Positions 1 to 12,147 of a stretch of 64,000 nucleotides of DNA are shown here, piece after piece. The stretch covers positions 62,001-126,000 of the forward strand of contig JBLDXI010000043.1 in the NCBI GenBank assembly GCA_047495785.1, read 5' to 3'. Under the pieces are notes generated by a model. That model saw only the letters and a program-made list of their open reading frames with translations. It ran no database searches and was not told the origin of the DNA. The stretch is from Lepidodermella squamata. Its lineage: Eukaryota > Animalia > Gastrotricha. A program made the position numbers and the translations under genes. Position 1 is the first letter of the stretch; each line of letters starts with the position of its first letter.

Positions 1-1372
1 CAACAAGCGATTCATAGCATGGCGGCATTGGCCCATAGTCATACATAACACTGTTGTAGTTCGGTGACATCTCCACAGGCACCGCAACAGGCATAGGCCG
101 CTCTCCAAGGCCCCAAGCTCCCTCGCCAGTCCATCTTACAGCTTGGACTATTCCTTCCGTCTTCACCTGGTCGAAAACCACATCACCCTGGGGTCGCCTT
201 GGTATAGTCCCGATAACAACTGGGAGGTACACTTTCAGGTCGAATGATCTAGGAACAATTAGGCCGATTTCTACGTGGTAGTTCACGCAGACTAGTGGTG
301 AGGAGATTGAAGGAGCTACTGGGGGCAGTTTGAACGGAATCTTCTCCCATTCGGCGACGTTGTCGATTAGGGGCTTAAGTAGCTGAGCTGGTTTGAACGG
401 CTCCATGGGCGTCATTGGGTAATCCTTAGAAGCAACGTGCTCGGATCCTGTATGAAAGTGGAAAGGTTCTGAATTTTTGCGAATCTAGGGCCTAAATTAG
501 TCCAACCTCCTTTTTCTCGCATCACTTGGCGCTGGACTAATTTGACGTAGGGCTGAACTCCATGCCGCGAGCGGTTGATCAAAGTACCGCTTACTAGTAC
601 AATGTCCTCTGCAATACATAAACCGAGTTATTGAGAAAGTATTTCTTCGGAACCAACCTGGGCAATAAGCGGCTCTATCGGTTTGGCCTTCGATTCTCAG
701 CGGACCTTCGGTGCACAGCCCCCAGCATATCCTCTTCGCATCTTCGGCCAAAACTGGAAACTGGAATTATAGGACTTTGATTAGGGTAAAGCAGAGATCG
801 CAAATATGATTACGTCGTACTGCATCAAATTGATGTCTATGAGTTGCAGAACTTTGATGGAACTATCCGCTATTTTTATGTCTTCCTCTTCGAAGGGAGA
901 TGTTGCTTCGAGCCAATATCGAACGTAGCCATGCGGCCCCTCAAATGATGTACTGAGACTTAGGAAAGCAAAATCAACCAAGAAATCAGTAAAAGAAGGT
1001 CTTACTTCGAGGGGAGATGAAATGTGAACGGAATCAGTGAAATTCCATGCGTGATAGCTCCTTTGATCTCGGTTATTGCGAAATAAAAACTCTGAGATGC
1101 AAGTACTTACCATGAGGAATAATGACTTCTTGAGGTAGGCGCAGGAGTTCTTTGGTTTCATGATACGTTATGGTGATGGTTTCGTTAACGCCCCCGCTTT
1201 GGTTTGAGTAGGTCTCAGTCCAATAGACCCGGGACTTTCCGATTAAAGTCACGGTTATGCTCTTTAAAGGTAACTTGCCCTTGGCTATGATTTCACAGTA
1301 GCCATGAAGCAGCTCCCCGGCGTAGTAAAGCGTCTTTTCTTTGATGACAACAGATATCGAGTCCAACGACAT
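1..1372 (-). CDS. Alpha-arrestin (arrestin domain-containing, ARRDC/TXNIP-like), multi-exon, 3' end runs off the window
   Basis: Arrestin_N motifs YYAGELLHG..., 'SITVTLIGKSRVYW' and 'STSFEGPHGYVRYWLEA'; Arrestin_C-like 'EGPLRIEGQTDRAAYCPG' and 'SFDLKVYLPVVIGTIP' (~200-250); PPxY motif (PPCY) at ~12-27; GTAAG donor at 1110. Confidence 0.88.
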
Positions 1373-1959
1373 GTTTGTGATAGAAAAATGTGGGATTTTT
1401 TATATATTTTGCTGATGTCAAACTGTTGTTGTTTTTGAACGTGATTTTTGCTGACTGAAAGACATTAATCGCGATAAATCTGGCGCATCTTTCCCTTAAA
1501 TCGCGTCACGAAATAACGCACATGTCAATATTGGTCAAAAATCACGAGGGTTTCATTTTTCCTGTAATTTCGGTTTCAAAATAAATAGGTCGAAAGGCTG
1601 CTTCACTTACACAGCTCAATAACTGCCTTGAAACCGGTACAATTCCTAATGGACAAAAGATGAATTGTCCACCTGCCCATCACGTGATTCTACTTACATA
1701 CCACGCTGATGCACGCATGTAGCAAAATAAATTAACCCTGGACCCCGGATCAAATCGTGCGAAAATATCAAATGCACCATTATTCCGATTTATTTGTCAT
1801 AGATTGCCTTAATACATCGTTTATATCACCAATCACCAAATCACTGGGAACATGGAAGACTTGCAATCATTACAAGAGGTGGAATAGATTGGACTAGGTC
1901 TCTGATCACGAAAGCTCTTGAATGTAAGTTCGGTCAATTTCGAATTGCATCAGCAGAAT

Positions 1960-2769
1960 TTACTGGCGCTTGTACTTGCGGACGCTCTTAACGCCGTTAG
2001 CCTCGCACTCGGCGATCATGAGGTCACCCTCGACCCAGCGGGTGAAGTTTGAGTTGACGTCACCCTTCTGGGTCTGCAGCAGCTTGCCATCGCTGGTCAG
2101 CGTGAAGGTCGACTTGCATTTGCGGCCATCGGGCGTCTTCTCGTCGAACTCAACATCGAGGTCGAACTCGGTGGTCGAAGTGGAAACGGCGGATTCCTGC
2201 TTCATGATGATGTGGTTGCCGTTCACGGTGATGACGATGGTCGGCTTCGACGAGTCGGCGATCTTGCGGACAGCCCAGCTGACGCCAACCTCTGAAAATC
2301 AAAATCGAATTATAATCAGTAACAAGAACAAAAAGGTTTTATTTGATAGTGAACATTAATAGGGTTAGGGTTAGGGTTAGGGTTAGGGTTAGGGTTAGGA
2401 TTGGGATTAGGATAACCTTTAGGGTTAAGGCTTTAGTTAAGAGGGTATTAGAGTTAGGGTTAGGGCTAAAGCCTGGCTTAGTCTGGACTTAGTCCTAGGG
2501 TTAAGGGTTGAAGCCTGGATTCTGCTTAGGGTTAGAGTTATAATTCAAATTGCCTGTGACAGTGCTTCAAGCTTTATGAGTGTGTTCAGGATTGATTAGA
2601 TTAAGGATTAGGGCTAGGATCAAGATTAGTCAGATGTTTTTAAACCATATGGGTCTTATCATACAGTGAGGGGCTTATCATACAGTTTATAATAAAATTT
2701 CTTACCCTTCATGTAGGCATCGAAGTTCTCGGACGACTCCAATTTCCAGGTACCAGCGAACTGAGACAT
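1960..2769 (-). CDS. Fatty acid-binding protein (iLBP/FABP family) copy 1; exons 2769-2706, 2291-1960
   Basis: Spliced product [31 protein letters not shown]...EFDLDVEFDEKTPDGRKCKSTF...SVRKYKRQ. Canonical FABP N-terminal signature and phase-1 GT-AG intron. Confidence 0.95.
2360..2630 (+). repeat. Interstitial telomere-like (TTAGGG)n tract, perfect then degenerate, inside the FABP1 intron
   Basis: About 6 perfect TTAGGG units at 2360-2400, followed by degenerate variants (TTAGGA, TTAAGG, CTAGGG) to ~2630. Confidence 0.9.
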
Positions 2770-2959
2770 TTTGATTGATGCTTAACTCGGAATTAAGTTT
2801 TCTCTAAAAATAAAGAACAATTCTTAACAGTGAATTAAGCTTTGTTTTAAGCAAAAATTAGCACATAGATAGCATTTGATTGTACGTGTTTTCGTTCCAA
2901 CATTGATTGGGAGGTTTCAACACTGATTTAAAAGTCAATCACATTATTTTATGAGCTGC

Positions 2960-3399
2960 TCACGCACGCTTGTACTTGCGAGTGCATTTAACTTTCTTGC
3001 ACTCGCAGGTAACAATCAGGTAATCGCCCTCAACCCATCGCTCGAAGATGGTGTTGTACTTGCCACGCTGGTCGTGGATCATCTTCTCGCCTTCCATGTG
3101 CACAGTCGACTTGCACTCGCGGCCGTCGGGCAGCTTCTCATCGAACTCCTTGCCCAGGTCGAATTCGGTGATGGTGGTCGTGACTGAGGACTCTTGCTTG
3201 AAGATGAAATGGTCGCCATTGACGGTCACGGTCAAGGTTGGCTTGGCAGCAGCAGCGATTTTACGAGTTGCCCATCCAACTCCGACCTCTGGAATTATTT
3301 TGTGAAAATTGGAAAGAATAAAGGATTTGGCTTACCCTTCATGTAATCATCGAAATTTTCCGACGAGTCGAACTTCCAAACTCCGGCAAATTGAGCCAT
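2960..3399 (-). CDS. FABP copy 2; exons 3399-3336, 3288-2960
   Basis: [31 protein letters not shown]...EFDLGKEFDEKLPDGRECKS; 47-nt intron at the same position as in copy 1. Confidence 0.95.
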
Positions 3400-3573
3400 T
3401 TCGGTTGAAATTCAAAAATTCAAACAAAAGTCTAATAAATATAGGAAAATTTGGACTTCAAGCTGTATTATAAATGAGTGATTTTTAGAAGCTTTGGCAA
3501 ACGAATTATGCTTATAATGGCAATATTTTGTGAGAAGCATTTAAAGCACCGGTGGCAGATCCTTTTTCGGGAA

Positions 3574-4104
3574 CTAGTTCACCCTATTGAATTTTCGAAC
3601 AGACGCGACTGCGTTGGCTTCACTGAGCACAACCATTTGCCCGGTTTCGTCGATGTATCGTGTTATTACCGCGTTGACCTTTCCAATTTGAGTATGGACC
3701 ATTTTCTGACCATCGATGAGCTTGACAGTTGACTGGAAAAAATTAAGGCACAGTTTCAGCATGTATTCCATGCTTATGGGGAAAATACCTTGCATTGCCG
3801 TCCATCAGCTGTTTTTTCATCGAATTCAACATCAAGGTCGAATTCGATGGCGTGCGAACCAAGACTAGAATCATGCCGAACGATGAAATGGTTGCCGTCC
3901 GATGTCGAAATTGAGAGTATCGGCTTAGCAAGTACAGCGCCTTGTCGATTCGCCCAATTAACCCCCAATTCTGTAGTCAAGATGATTTATCGATTGCGAC
4001 AAAAAAGTCTACTAGAATTACTTACCTTTCAGAAAAGCATCAAAATTGTCAGATGTGTCTAGTTTCCACGAACCGACCAGCGGACATGTAGCATCCTGAG
4101 TCAT
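3574..4104 (-). CDS. FABP copy 3 (divergent); exons 4104-4026, 3970-3789, 3732-3574
   Basis: MTQDATCPLVGSWKLDTSDNFDAFLKELGVNWANRQ...EFDLDVEFDEKTADGRQCK|STVKLIDG...; two GT-AG introns that keep frame. Confidence 0.92.
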
Positions 4105-5779
4105 GGCGACAAGCGATCGATAAAAATGCCCTTGATTGTGTAAATAGATCAATTTTACGCATGGACACAATGACGAGTATCCTTTCTGCTGCTGAGGTAA
4201 TTTAAGCTTAGGTACTACACATCGTGTTTGGCCAGGCAGGCCTTATCTAAGCTGAAAAAACTTGTCGTGAGAAAGCACACTACGCTAGTTAGCAGCGTAT
4301 GTAGCTAATATTCGCAAAGCGGCGACTTTTTTGCCGTTATTTATTCATGCGCGTTGGTTGGTTGGTTAGCTATGGTATGTGTATGGTATGTGTATCACGA
4401 AAAAGCATTAGCACTCCGCAGCCTGAAAAAACCGACGTGGCCTAAGTTATGCCCTAATGATGGATAGTGAGGAAATAATGTCATGACAATTTTTTGAAGG
4501 AATAAAACTAGAAGTGGGTTATATGGACTTGTCTCCGAGAATGGTCGAATTATATGGGGCTTATCAAGCCATTTGTTTTTATGAACTTTGCTCTGTCGAC
4601 CGGTAGTCAGTATCTTATCAGCAGCTGCCGTTGCATTAGGCTCCTGGGAGGTCACACGTCACTGATGTCAAACATTAGCGGTATGAGGTATTGCGACTTG
4701 CGACTGCAGTGCTAATTGAGATGCACGCCAATTATGTACCAAATATGAATTTTAGGAGGAATTAATTTCGCTTAAAGGGGATTTCCATAGCACCAATAAC
4801 ATCCATCAACATATTCAGATTCTTATCGCCAAGTCACTCAGAAATAGGCTGAAAGCTGAAAATACTTCAAAATCTAAATATCCCGATTTCTGTGGAAAAG
4901 CTATATGAAAGCAAGACCAGAATCTAAACCCTTAGATATCCTTTTTACCCCAGCAAATTTCTGATGAATGTTTTGTGATAGGCAGAGTACAGAGTCGAAG
5001 TGAATAGCGTGTTCTGGAACGTTGGAGTGAGCAAAAAATTGCGAAATATTGAGATATAGCGCAATATTCTTCAATTTTAGGTAGGTAATTTTAGAAGCGA
5101 TCGTCATAATTGATGCGGAATAGAGATAGTAGAGGGTAGAGGTATGACGAGGGGTATGACTTTGACTTTGAACTTCGGAAACGAATATGATTATTCATCA
5201 AACTATACTCAAAATTAGGATTATATGCTACGATAAGGCGGAAGAATGTTTTTGAGAAAGTATGCACAGAGGATGGCGATCCTATTTGACGGTAAAATGT
5301 ATGGTCTGGCCGGTGCTGTACTCTGCAGACGGACTCGTCGGTTTTTTGTTATCAAAACGCTAGCCGGCACACCCTCTCGAACGCCGCAGCAGCCTAGATT
5401 TGTTTGTTTCGTTATCAATTTTTCGCATGTCAAAGATAACAAAATTATCGGTTTAGTCTGTGGCCGGTGCAGAGCCCTCGTGGCATTCAATTTGACAGTT
5501 GTTTTGAGGTTTAAGAACAAAACATCGTCAGTTCATACCTATCCTATATGAGTCGCAGCACAATCAGGACGAAGACAAAACGCTATAAAATGCTTAGAGA
5601 GCCATTTCATCCTTTATCCAGGTGGAAATTTTTCACCACTGCGATGGGTACCTGGATTGCTTCACTAAGCAAAATAAATGATATTGGCCATTTCTCCTCC
5701 GGCGATTGCATTTTCTGCTCTGTTGAAGAATTTTCTAAGCCGCTCTGAAAAAATGCGTCAAAAATAAATATGAAGAATT

Positions 5780-6552
5780 TTATTCCAAAATACAATATTT
5801 CTTGAAAATCTTAAGCACGAAATCATTCCTTTGTTCGACGGCGACTTGGCGAGCAGTTTTACCTTCTTTGTCACGTAGCATCGGATCGGCCCCTTTTGAC
5901 AGGAGAAAACCAACGACCTCAGCTCTGCCATTCCAAGTAGCTAACATGAGAGCTGTATTCTGACACACGGACCTAGCATCAAGATTGATTAATGGCGTTG
6001 AGATCGAGAAGCTAGAGCCAAGGTTGCATAGAATTTTCACGCATTGTGAGTGACCATTATTCGCAGCCATCATTAAAGGACTCATTCCATCCTCATCTTG
6101 CTGATTGACAAATCGTTGTAAGCAACTGATGGCTGTAGTCTTTGAGTCTCTATTTTCCTGCATTTCTTGCTGTTTCTTTCCTAATAACAGTTTCAGGACT
6201 TCATGGTTTCCAAACCAACAAGCGAAATGTAGGCAATTTGCGTTGTCTCGCCATGCTTCATTCGCGATTGTGTCACCGTGTTTTGATGAACTGTAATTAG
6301 CGTTGATCAATAGCAGGCTGGAACCGGCCAACATAATTCGCACCTGTTCGACTAAACCCTTCGCGCAAGCTTCGAAAAAAGCTTTTTCATCCTGAGTTTT
6401 TGCTTGCTTGAACAGATCGGTAGGAGTGTATGGTGGTGGCTAAAGTCAAAAATTATTTCAAGTTTTTTAAATTCCAAGGCGTGACTTACGTTCGAGTCAT
6501 CCTCTCCACGAGAGCTCATGTCACGCCTCAGTTGTTCTTCTGCCAGATTCAT
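5780..6552 (-). CDS. Kinase-less ankyrin-repeat protein 1 with N-terminal PPxY; exons 6552-6490, 6439-5780
   Basis: Ankyrin consensus (MSPLMMAANNGHSQCVKIL, TALMLATWNGRAEVVGFLLSKGAD). 50-nt phase-0 intron; exon 2 begins PPPYTPTD. Confidence 0.9.
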
Positions 6553-7248
6553 TTTAGTGTAACAATTAAATTCAGTTTGTAGTATTTTTCTATCATACAG
6601 TGGTCTTAATTGTTTCTAGAAATGGGCGATCTCTTCAATTACCATGAAGGCGTGAGATTGTAGCCATTGAATGTCGCGTATATCGTAATGAGGGTACATC
6701 TCAGCCGTGAATGACCTATTTTAGAATTTTCATTCAGAATGCTACCCCCTCACTTTTCATGAAAAATTCGCACAAAACACTTTCTCAAAATGAGCATGCA
6801 AATATGCTTTGAGGCGTGCACATTTTGAAAGCATTTGGTAACGATTATCAGCATTGACCAAGTTTTGTAATGCGCATCATTTTAGATATTTATATCTAAT
6901 ATCTATGCCAAAACAATTCGGGAATAACTTCTGCGACAGGATTAACCGCTACCTTAGAAAAAGGGTCACATATAGACCAACATACACCGCAGATATCCAT
7001 AGGGGAATTACACATTTGATCGGTAATAACTCCCTTGAAACTCCGTGTAGAAAGCAACTTTTCATCAAAAATAACCTTCGATTTATTAGAGATTGCATGA
7101 AACAACCTTAAGAAAATGAAGTGATCGTTCAGAAGCGGATAGCATGAAGTAAGCTATGCTGGGATGCAAGTTCTCAGTCCACGGCGAAGCAGAAAAGCAG
7201 GATACTAGATTATGAGTGATTGAAAGGAACTTAAAGAGGCAGGATTTA

Positions 7249-7764
7249 TTATAGAGCAGCGGCAGCAGTGGTGGGCCTCTTGTGGTTGCGAGCCTGGGCG
7301 GGTCCGGAGAAGGAGCCAGACTGCTGTTCACGCGCCTTGGCAGCGGCGGCGGTGGTTGGCCTCTTGTGGTTGCGAGCCTGGGCGGGTCCGGAGAAGGAGC
7401 CAGACTGCTGTTCACGAGCCTTGGCAGCGGCGGCGGTGGTTGGCCTCTTGTGGTTGCGAGCCTGGGCGGGTCCGGAGAAGGAGCCAGACTGCTGTTCACG
7501 AGCCTTGGCAGCGGCGGCGGTGGTGGGCCTCTTGTGGTTGCGAGCCTGGGCGGGTCCGGAGAAGGACTGCTGTTCACGAGCTTCAGCGACTTCCTCGCTG
7601 CTTTCCTTGATCAAATGGGATTCAGATCCGTGATGAGGAGGAGGGTGAGGACCATGCTTGTCCTCAGGATGTTGGCGGGCAGCCGGGCCGGAGCCAGTAC
7701 CCTGAGGGTTAGCCAGAACGACGGCGAAAAAGAGAACAGCGATCAGAGCGATACGGACGAACAT
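7249..7764 (-). CDS. Secreted repetitive precursor protein (signal peptide + 28-aa repeats each containing a KR site)
   Basis: Hydrophobic signal MFVRIALIAVLFFAVVLA, His/Pro-rich spacer, ~4 x REQQSGSFSGPAQARNHKRPTTAAAAKA. TATATAAA ~85 nt upstream; AATAAA just after the stop. Confidence 0.8.
   Translation of the reverse strand: MFVRIALIAVLFFAVVLANPQGTGSGPAARQHPEDKHGPHPPPHHGSESHLIKESSEEVAEAREQQSFSGPAQARNHKRPTTAAAAKAREQQSGSFSGPAQARNHKRPTTAAAAKAREQQSGSFSGPAQARNHKRPTTAAAAKAREQQSGSFSGPAQARNHKRPTTAAAAL
7257..7583. repeat. 84-bp coding tandem repeat, ~4 near-identical units
   Basis: TGTGGTTGCGAGCCTGGGCGGGTCCGGAGAAGG recurs with 84-nt periodicity (7281, 7365, 7449, 7533). Confidence 0.95.
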
Positions 7765-8134
7765 GTTTCAACCGATTATGCTTTGACTTGTTAGTAAATA
7801 AATTTTGCTTTGGATGATTGGTGATTGTCAACCATTTCGACACGGTTTATATACCCACAAAATGTCCACGTCCGTTCAAAAACGAATCACGCTAGTTGAC
7901 TCAGATGTCCCGCCTCCTCTTGACATGGAATTAAACCTGTTTGCTCGCTAGGCAGCTGTAGTGACTAGAGTGCGTCAAAAGATTCATTCATATGCTATTG
8001 ATTGTGGTTTGCTCACACATCCGAGCGGGCGATTTCACGTGGCAACACAACTTTTTGGCAACAGCTAGATTCCAGAAAGTTCCAAGTCCAATTTGTCTTT
8101 GGAATACTGACATACAAACTTGGCGATTTGTCAA

Positions 8135-8857
8135 TCATTCCTTTATTCCAAATTTCTTAAATACTTTCACAACAGCATCTTGCCTGAGTTCATACGCAAC
8201 TTGGCGCGCAGTTTTGCCCTCTTTGTCCCGCAACGTAGCATCAGCGCCTTTAGTCAGCAAAAACTCGACTACGTCCGTCTTGCCATTCCATGCTGCCAGC
8301 ATAAGCGCCGTATTCTTCAGAGGTGACGTCGCATCCAAATCAGCCAATGGCCGCGGATTCTCACCCTTCGCCTTTGCAACTAGAGCAACGAGACCAGCTT
8401 CGAAATCACACAGAATCTCAACGCATTTCATATGGCCGTTGTTAGCCGCTAGCATGAGAGGGCTCATCTCATTTTTGCCATCGCCATCTTGCTGATTGAC
8501 GAATCGCCGCAACCTGTCGATGGCTTCGACTTTCAAAGCGTGATTCTGCTCCAATTCCAGGTTCAATTTTCGGCCTAAGACATATTTCACGATGTCGTGT
8601 TTGCCGAACCAGCAAGCGAAATGTAGGCAATTTGCGTTGTCTCGCCATGCTTCATTCGCGATTGTATCGCCGTGTTTAGAGGCGTCGTAGTAGGTGTTGA
8701 TGAGATGAAGAGCATCGAACGTAAGACCGGCTGTTAGGAATTTAGCTTCTTCAATCAGGCCCTGACCACAGGCTTCGAAAAACACGCGTTCTTGCTCGCT
8801 TGTTGGGATGGGCAGGAACTTCTTTCTAGCTACAGCAGTTTGGTCATAGCTAGGCGG
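8135..8857 (-). CDS. Kinase-less ankyrin-repeat protein 2 (paralog of 5780-6552), main exon; first exon uncertain
   Basis: Shares HGDTIANEAWRDNANCLHFACWFG and LRDKEGKTARQVA with copy 1. The exon starts after a TTGCAG acceptor with PPSY at the homologous position. The nearest ATG (8975, MNLERICGQLNR*) hits a stop. Confidence 0.85.
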   Translation of the reverse strand, partial: PPSYDQTAVARKKFLPIPTSEQERVFFEACGQGLIEEAKFLTAGLTFDALHLINTYYDASKHGDTIANEAWRDNANCLHFACWFGKHDIVKYVLGRKLNLELEQNHALKVEAIDRLRRFVNQQDGDGKNEMSPLMLAANNGHMKCVEILCDFEAGLVALVAKAKGENPRPLADLDATSPLKNTALMLAAWNGKTDVVEFLLTKGADATLRDKEGKTARQVAYELRQDAVVKVFKKFGIKE

Positions 8858-9539
8858 CTGCAAGAGAACAAAGAATTTCAATTAAAGAAGAGTTCAAGAA
8901 TCATTCTTGTAAATGCTTCAGATCGAGGCTATCATCCTATCTATTGAGCTGGCCACAGATCCTTTCCAGATTCATTCCAGAATTAAGGAATGAATCAGAA
9001 TTTATCTGATGAGAAATTTTATTCAAAGTTTAGGGCCATAATGACGCCCCCTGTTGGCTGAATAAGAGTAAGTCGCTTTAACACCTTTGTTGTAGCTTGC
9101 GTAGCTGAGGTCATAATCAGTGATTGCTTTGAGATGATAGATGAAAGCTGAATATAACTTTTCTGCTTGAAACTTATTTTGAAGAATTATGAAGAATTTC
9201 AAATTTTTGAACCTAGCAATGCTAAATGATTACGATGAATAGCGGCGCGTTTACTACGTCTTGCATGTTTTTTCTGAAAGAGACGCATGCACTGGTTGAC
9301 AGGCGACGAATTGCGATCAATAGACAGCTATGTGAATGCTTAGTACCGGCAAGACTGAATTCATGAATAACAGAAAAAAGTTACCAAATTTTTCTAGAAG
9401 AGCAAGATCTCCATTTCGAAGGTCCCATGAACTCAAACAAGTTCCAATTGAACAAATCATTTTTGTAAAATTGGAAAATTGATTTTCTCGTGAATTATCG
9501 GTATTTTATTTTTCAGCAATTTTTCGTGAAATTGGAAAT

Positions 9540-10130
9540 TTATTCCAATATTTTGTATTTTTGAAAGACTCGCAGAACTTCAGATTTTCGCAACCCATTC
9601 GATAGTTGATAAGCCGATCGACCGTCTCGGTCTCGAATCGCAGAATCCGCGCCTTTTCCAAGCAGAAAATCGACCACGGCCGGTCTGCCAAAATTAGCCG
9701 CCCACATTAGCGCTGTCGTTCCGCTTGAGTTAACACAGTCAAGATCCGCATTAAAATCGACCAAAATCTTCAAATGCTCCAGCCGGCTGTGATAAGCAGC
9801 AAACATCAGCGGCGACATAAAATCGAACCGATCGCCATTAAATCTGTCGATAATCGATGATTTCTCGATTTTTCTAAGTAACAATTCAAGCGTGTCGGTT
9901 TTAGGCGGCCAACATGCGAAATGAAGGCATGTCGAGTTGTTCGACCACGGTGACTCAATTATCGAATCCCCATGCGATTTTTTGAGGTACCTAGATTCTA
10001 CCAAATTCCGATCCACGTCACTGAGCAACCGTTCCACTTGACTGGTTTCGCCACGTGCGACGTGTTCAAAAAATTGGCGTTCGATTTCGACTGTGGTTAA
10101 AATTTCGAAATCGCTATCAGAAGGTGGCAT
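9540..10130 (-). CDS. Kinase-less ankyrin-repeat protein 3 (divergent paralog), single exon
   Basis: FFEHVARG, YLKKSHGDSIIESPWSNNSTCLHFACW, MSPLMFAAY, TALMWAANFG; C-terminus VFQKYKILE matches copies 1 and 2. Confidence 0.87.
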   Translation of the reverse strand: MPPSDSDFEILTTVEIERQFFEHVARGETSQVERLLSDVDRNLVESRYLKKSHGDSIIESPWSNNSTCLHFACWPPKTDTLELLLRKIEKSSIIDRFNGDRFDFMSPLMFAAYHSRLEHLKILVDFNADLDCVNSSGTTALMWAANFGRPAVVDFLLGKGADSAIRDRDGRSAYQLSNGLRKSEVLRVFQKYKILE

Positions 10131-12147
10131 TGCTGTTTTTTCTATATACTTCAAGTGCGGAAAATGTGCTTGTTATAATTAAAGCGAGAAAGCAGCAGGG
10201 TGAGTGAAAAATAAATGCCGCTTTCGCCCCAGGCCTCAAGTGGCTTGACCACCACTTGTATTGTTTTTGCGTGAATGTTTTATTATTTGAATATAATAAC
10301 GATAATTTTCAGCGCAACTGATCGATCGGCGAGCGCGCATATCCGGTCACTTGAATATTCATGACCTTAATGGAGGCGGTCAAAAATGATGGCCATTTTC
10401 ATCGCATGAGTGTGTGCGCTAAAAATGCGCGCATGATGTCTCGAAGCGCGAAAATAACACACACGCAAATATTTGACGAAAAATAATTTTTCGCGCGCCA
10501 TAAAGTGTTTTGCGCTTGTTTTTCTTGAGAGCGTAAAAATACAACAAAATTATAGCGGATAATTAAATAGAAATACCTGGGCGGAAAATCATGGCTGTAT
10601 ATTTTTCGCGCTCTAGTCTGCCTTCAAGGCGTAAGATTAGCGATGGATATTGATGCAGTTGGAACTGTTGGGAACCTATAATTTGTAAATATGTTTGTAG
10701 CGGAAAGCGAATTTATAAATATTACCTAACCGCTTTCCAGGCTAATACCAAGGTGGCGCAAAGGCGAAAAAGCAATCACGCTAAAATTGTTCAATGGTAA
10801 TTTGGTTAAATTATCAAACAATCTTTCAAATATTTTGAGACTAAAAACAATGGGGGAAGTTAGCCAGCTAATATTAGCCAAATTTTAAAAAATTAAGAAA
10901 AATGTACACTTACTAAATTGAGGCTGCTCTATTTGATGATGCAAAATATGAGTTCTACAGTTTGGCAGTTTCGTATATAGTTTTTTCAGCAGTCAAATTA
11001 TCCGTGACTTGTAAGCATTGACATTTTCAACTGCGTCTCATTCACTAGGAATTCTTTAGTTTTTTCTAATTAAATTATTTTTGACCGTAATGACTTTTGA
11101 CTGAGCATCAACGTTTCAACAGAGGATTTTTGCAGAGCAATTATTTTTTTATTTGGCACTCATGTAAAGGAAATTCAAGTAATATCATTAAGTTAAACCT
11201 ACCAAGAGAAAATACCATCTTTTATCCGCGATTTAACCGAACTAAAAAAAACTATTGGAGAAAACCCGGAAAACTTCGATCGGTAATTTTTCGTATTTTA
11301 CCTGGTTGGTTTCCAGAATTTTTAATTCCGCTGACAAGTGACGATACTTGATAATGAAAGAGTTATTTCAAGTTTTGACAAATCCTTCTGGCCATGACAT
11401 GTGACTTTATCTCTTATTTCTGAGTTTCTGAAGCCTTTTCCGCGTATTTTCTTTACTTGCGTTATTAATTACGGTTGGACACGCTGTATGCGCGAACTAT
11501 TCTCCGAATTTCTGGAATTTCACGTTCAACGCTAAACGCTAAATATTCAAAATAAATCCCTACGTGGAGTGTTCGGTCATTTTTACCTTGCCCTCACAGA
11601 ACCTTGACTTCTTAGATAACTGGCGCCCTTAGCTACGTAGAAAAATTATCGATTTTGGGTTCCACGACGGTTGATATCGGGGGATCACTGATTTGTAAAG
11701 TCGATACTTGGAATCGATATCGGCTCTGCAGGCTGAAGTAAAAATCCACCGCTTACAGCGCAAAATACGCGTATTATGATGATTTATTTGTTAGGCATGA
11801 TCGCACAAAAATTTAGATTCTAGTTAATTCTAGTGACACGAAATTCAAAAACCGTATTTAAGCAAAATCAAGTCTCTAATTTAGTGCTGGAACCCCAAAT
11901 GTAGGGTGCGCACTTGGCACACCCAAATACCGCGGGCAAATCGGAATGTTGACATCTAAAGTCACACATATTCTTGATAATTTCCGGCTTTATTCGTTTT
12001 TTGTACCACATTCAGCGTGTGAAGCAGTCATTCACCTTGTGCTTATTTTTCATATATATAAATGGCATGTCACATGGAGAAAAAATTCTCATAATAATAA
12101 TATTATAATTTCCAACAAACAGCAACAAATAAGAAAATCCCGTATGT

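Noticed and set aside
1970-4062. Plus-strand ORFs antisense to the FABP exons
   Set aside because: Shadow ORFs from codon bias of the real minus-strand genes.
5221-5748. ORFs and a CDGYLDC LDLa-like heptapeptide
   Set aside because: No full Cys spacing and no coherent exon structure.
7257-7583. CRISPR-like periodic array
   Set aside because: No unique spacers; the units are identical end to end and coding; eukaryotic context.
7086-7794. Overlapping Pro-rich, Gly-rich and Cys-containing ORFs in other frames of the 84-bp repeat
   Set aside because: By-products of a stop-free GC-rich 3n repeat; only 7249-7764 has an ATG, signal peptide, TATA and poly(A) signal.
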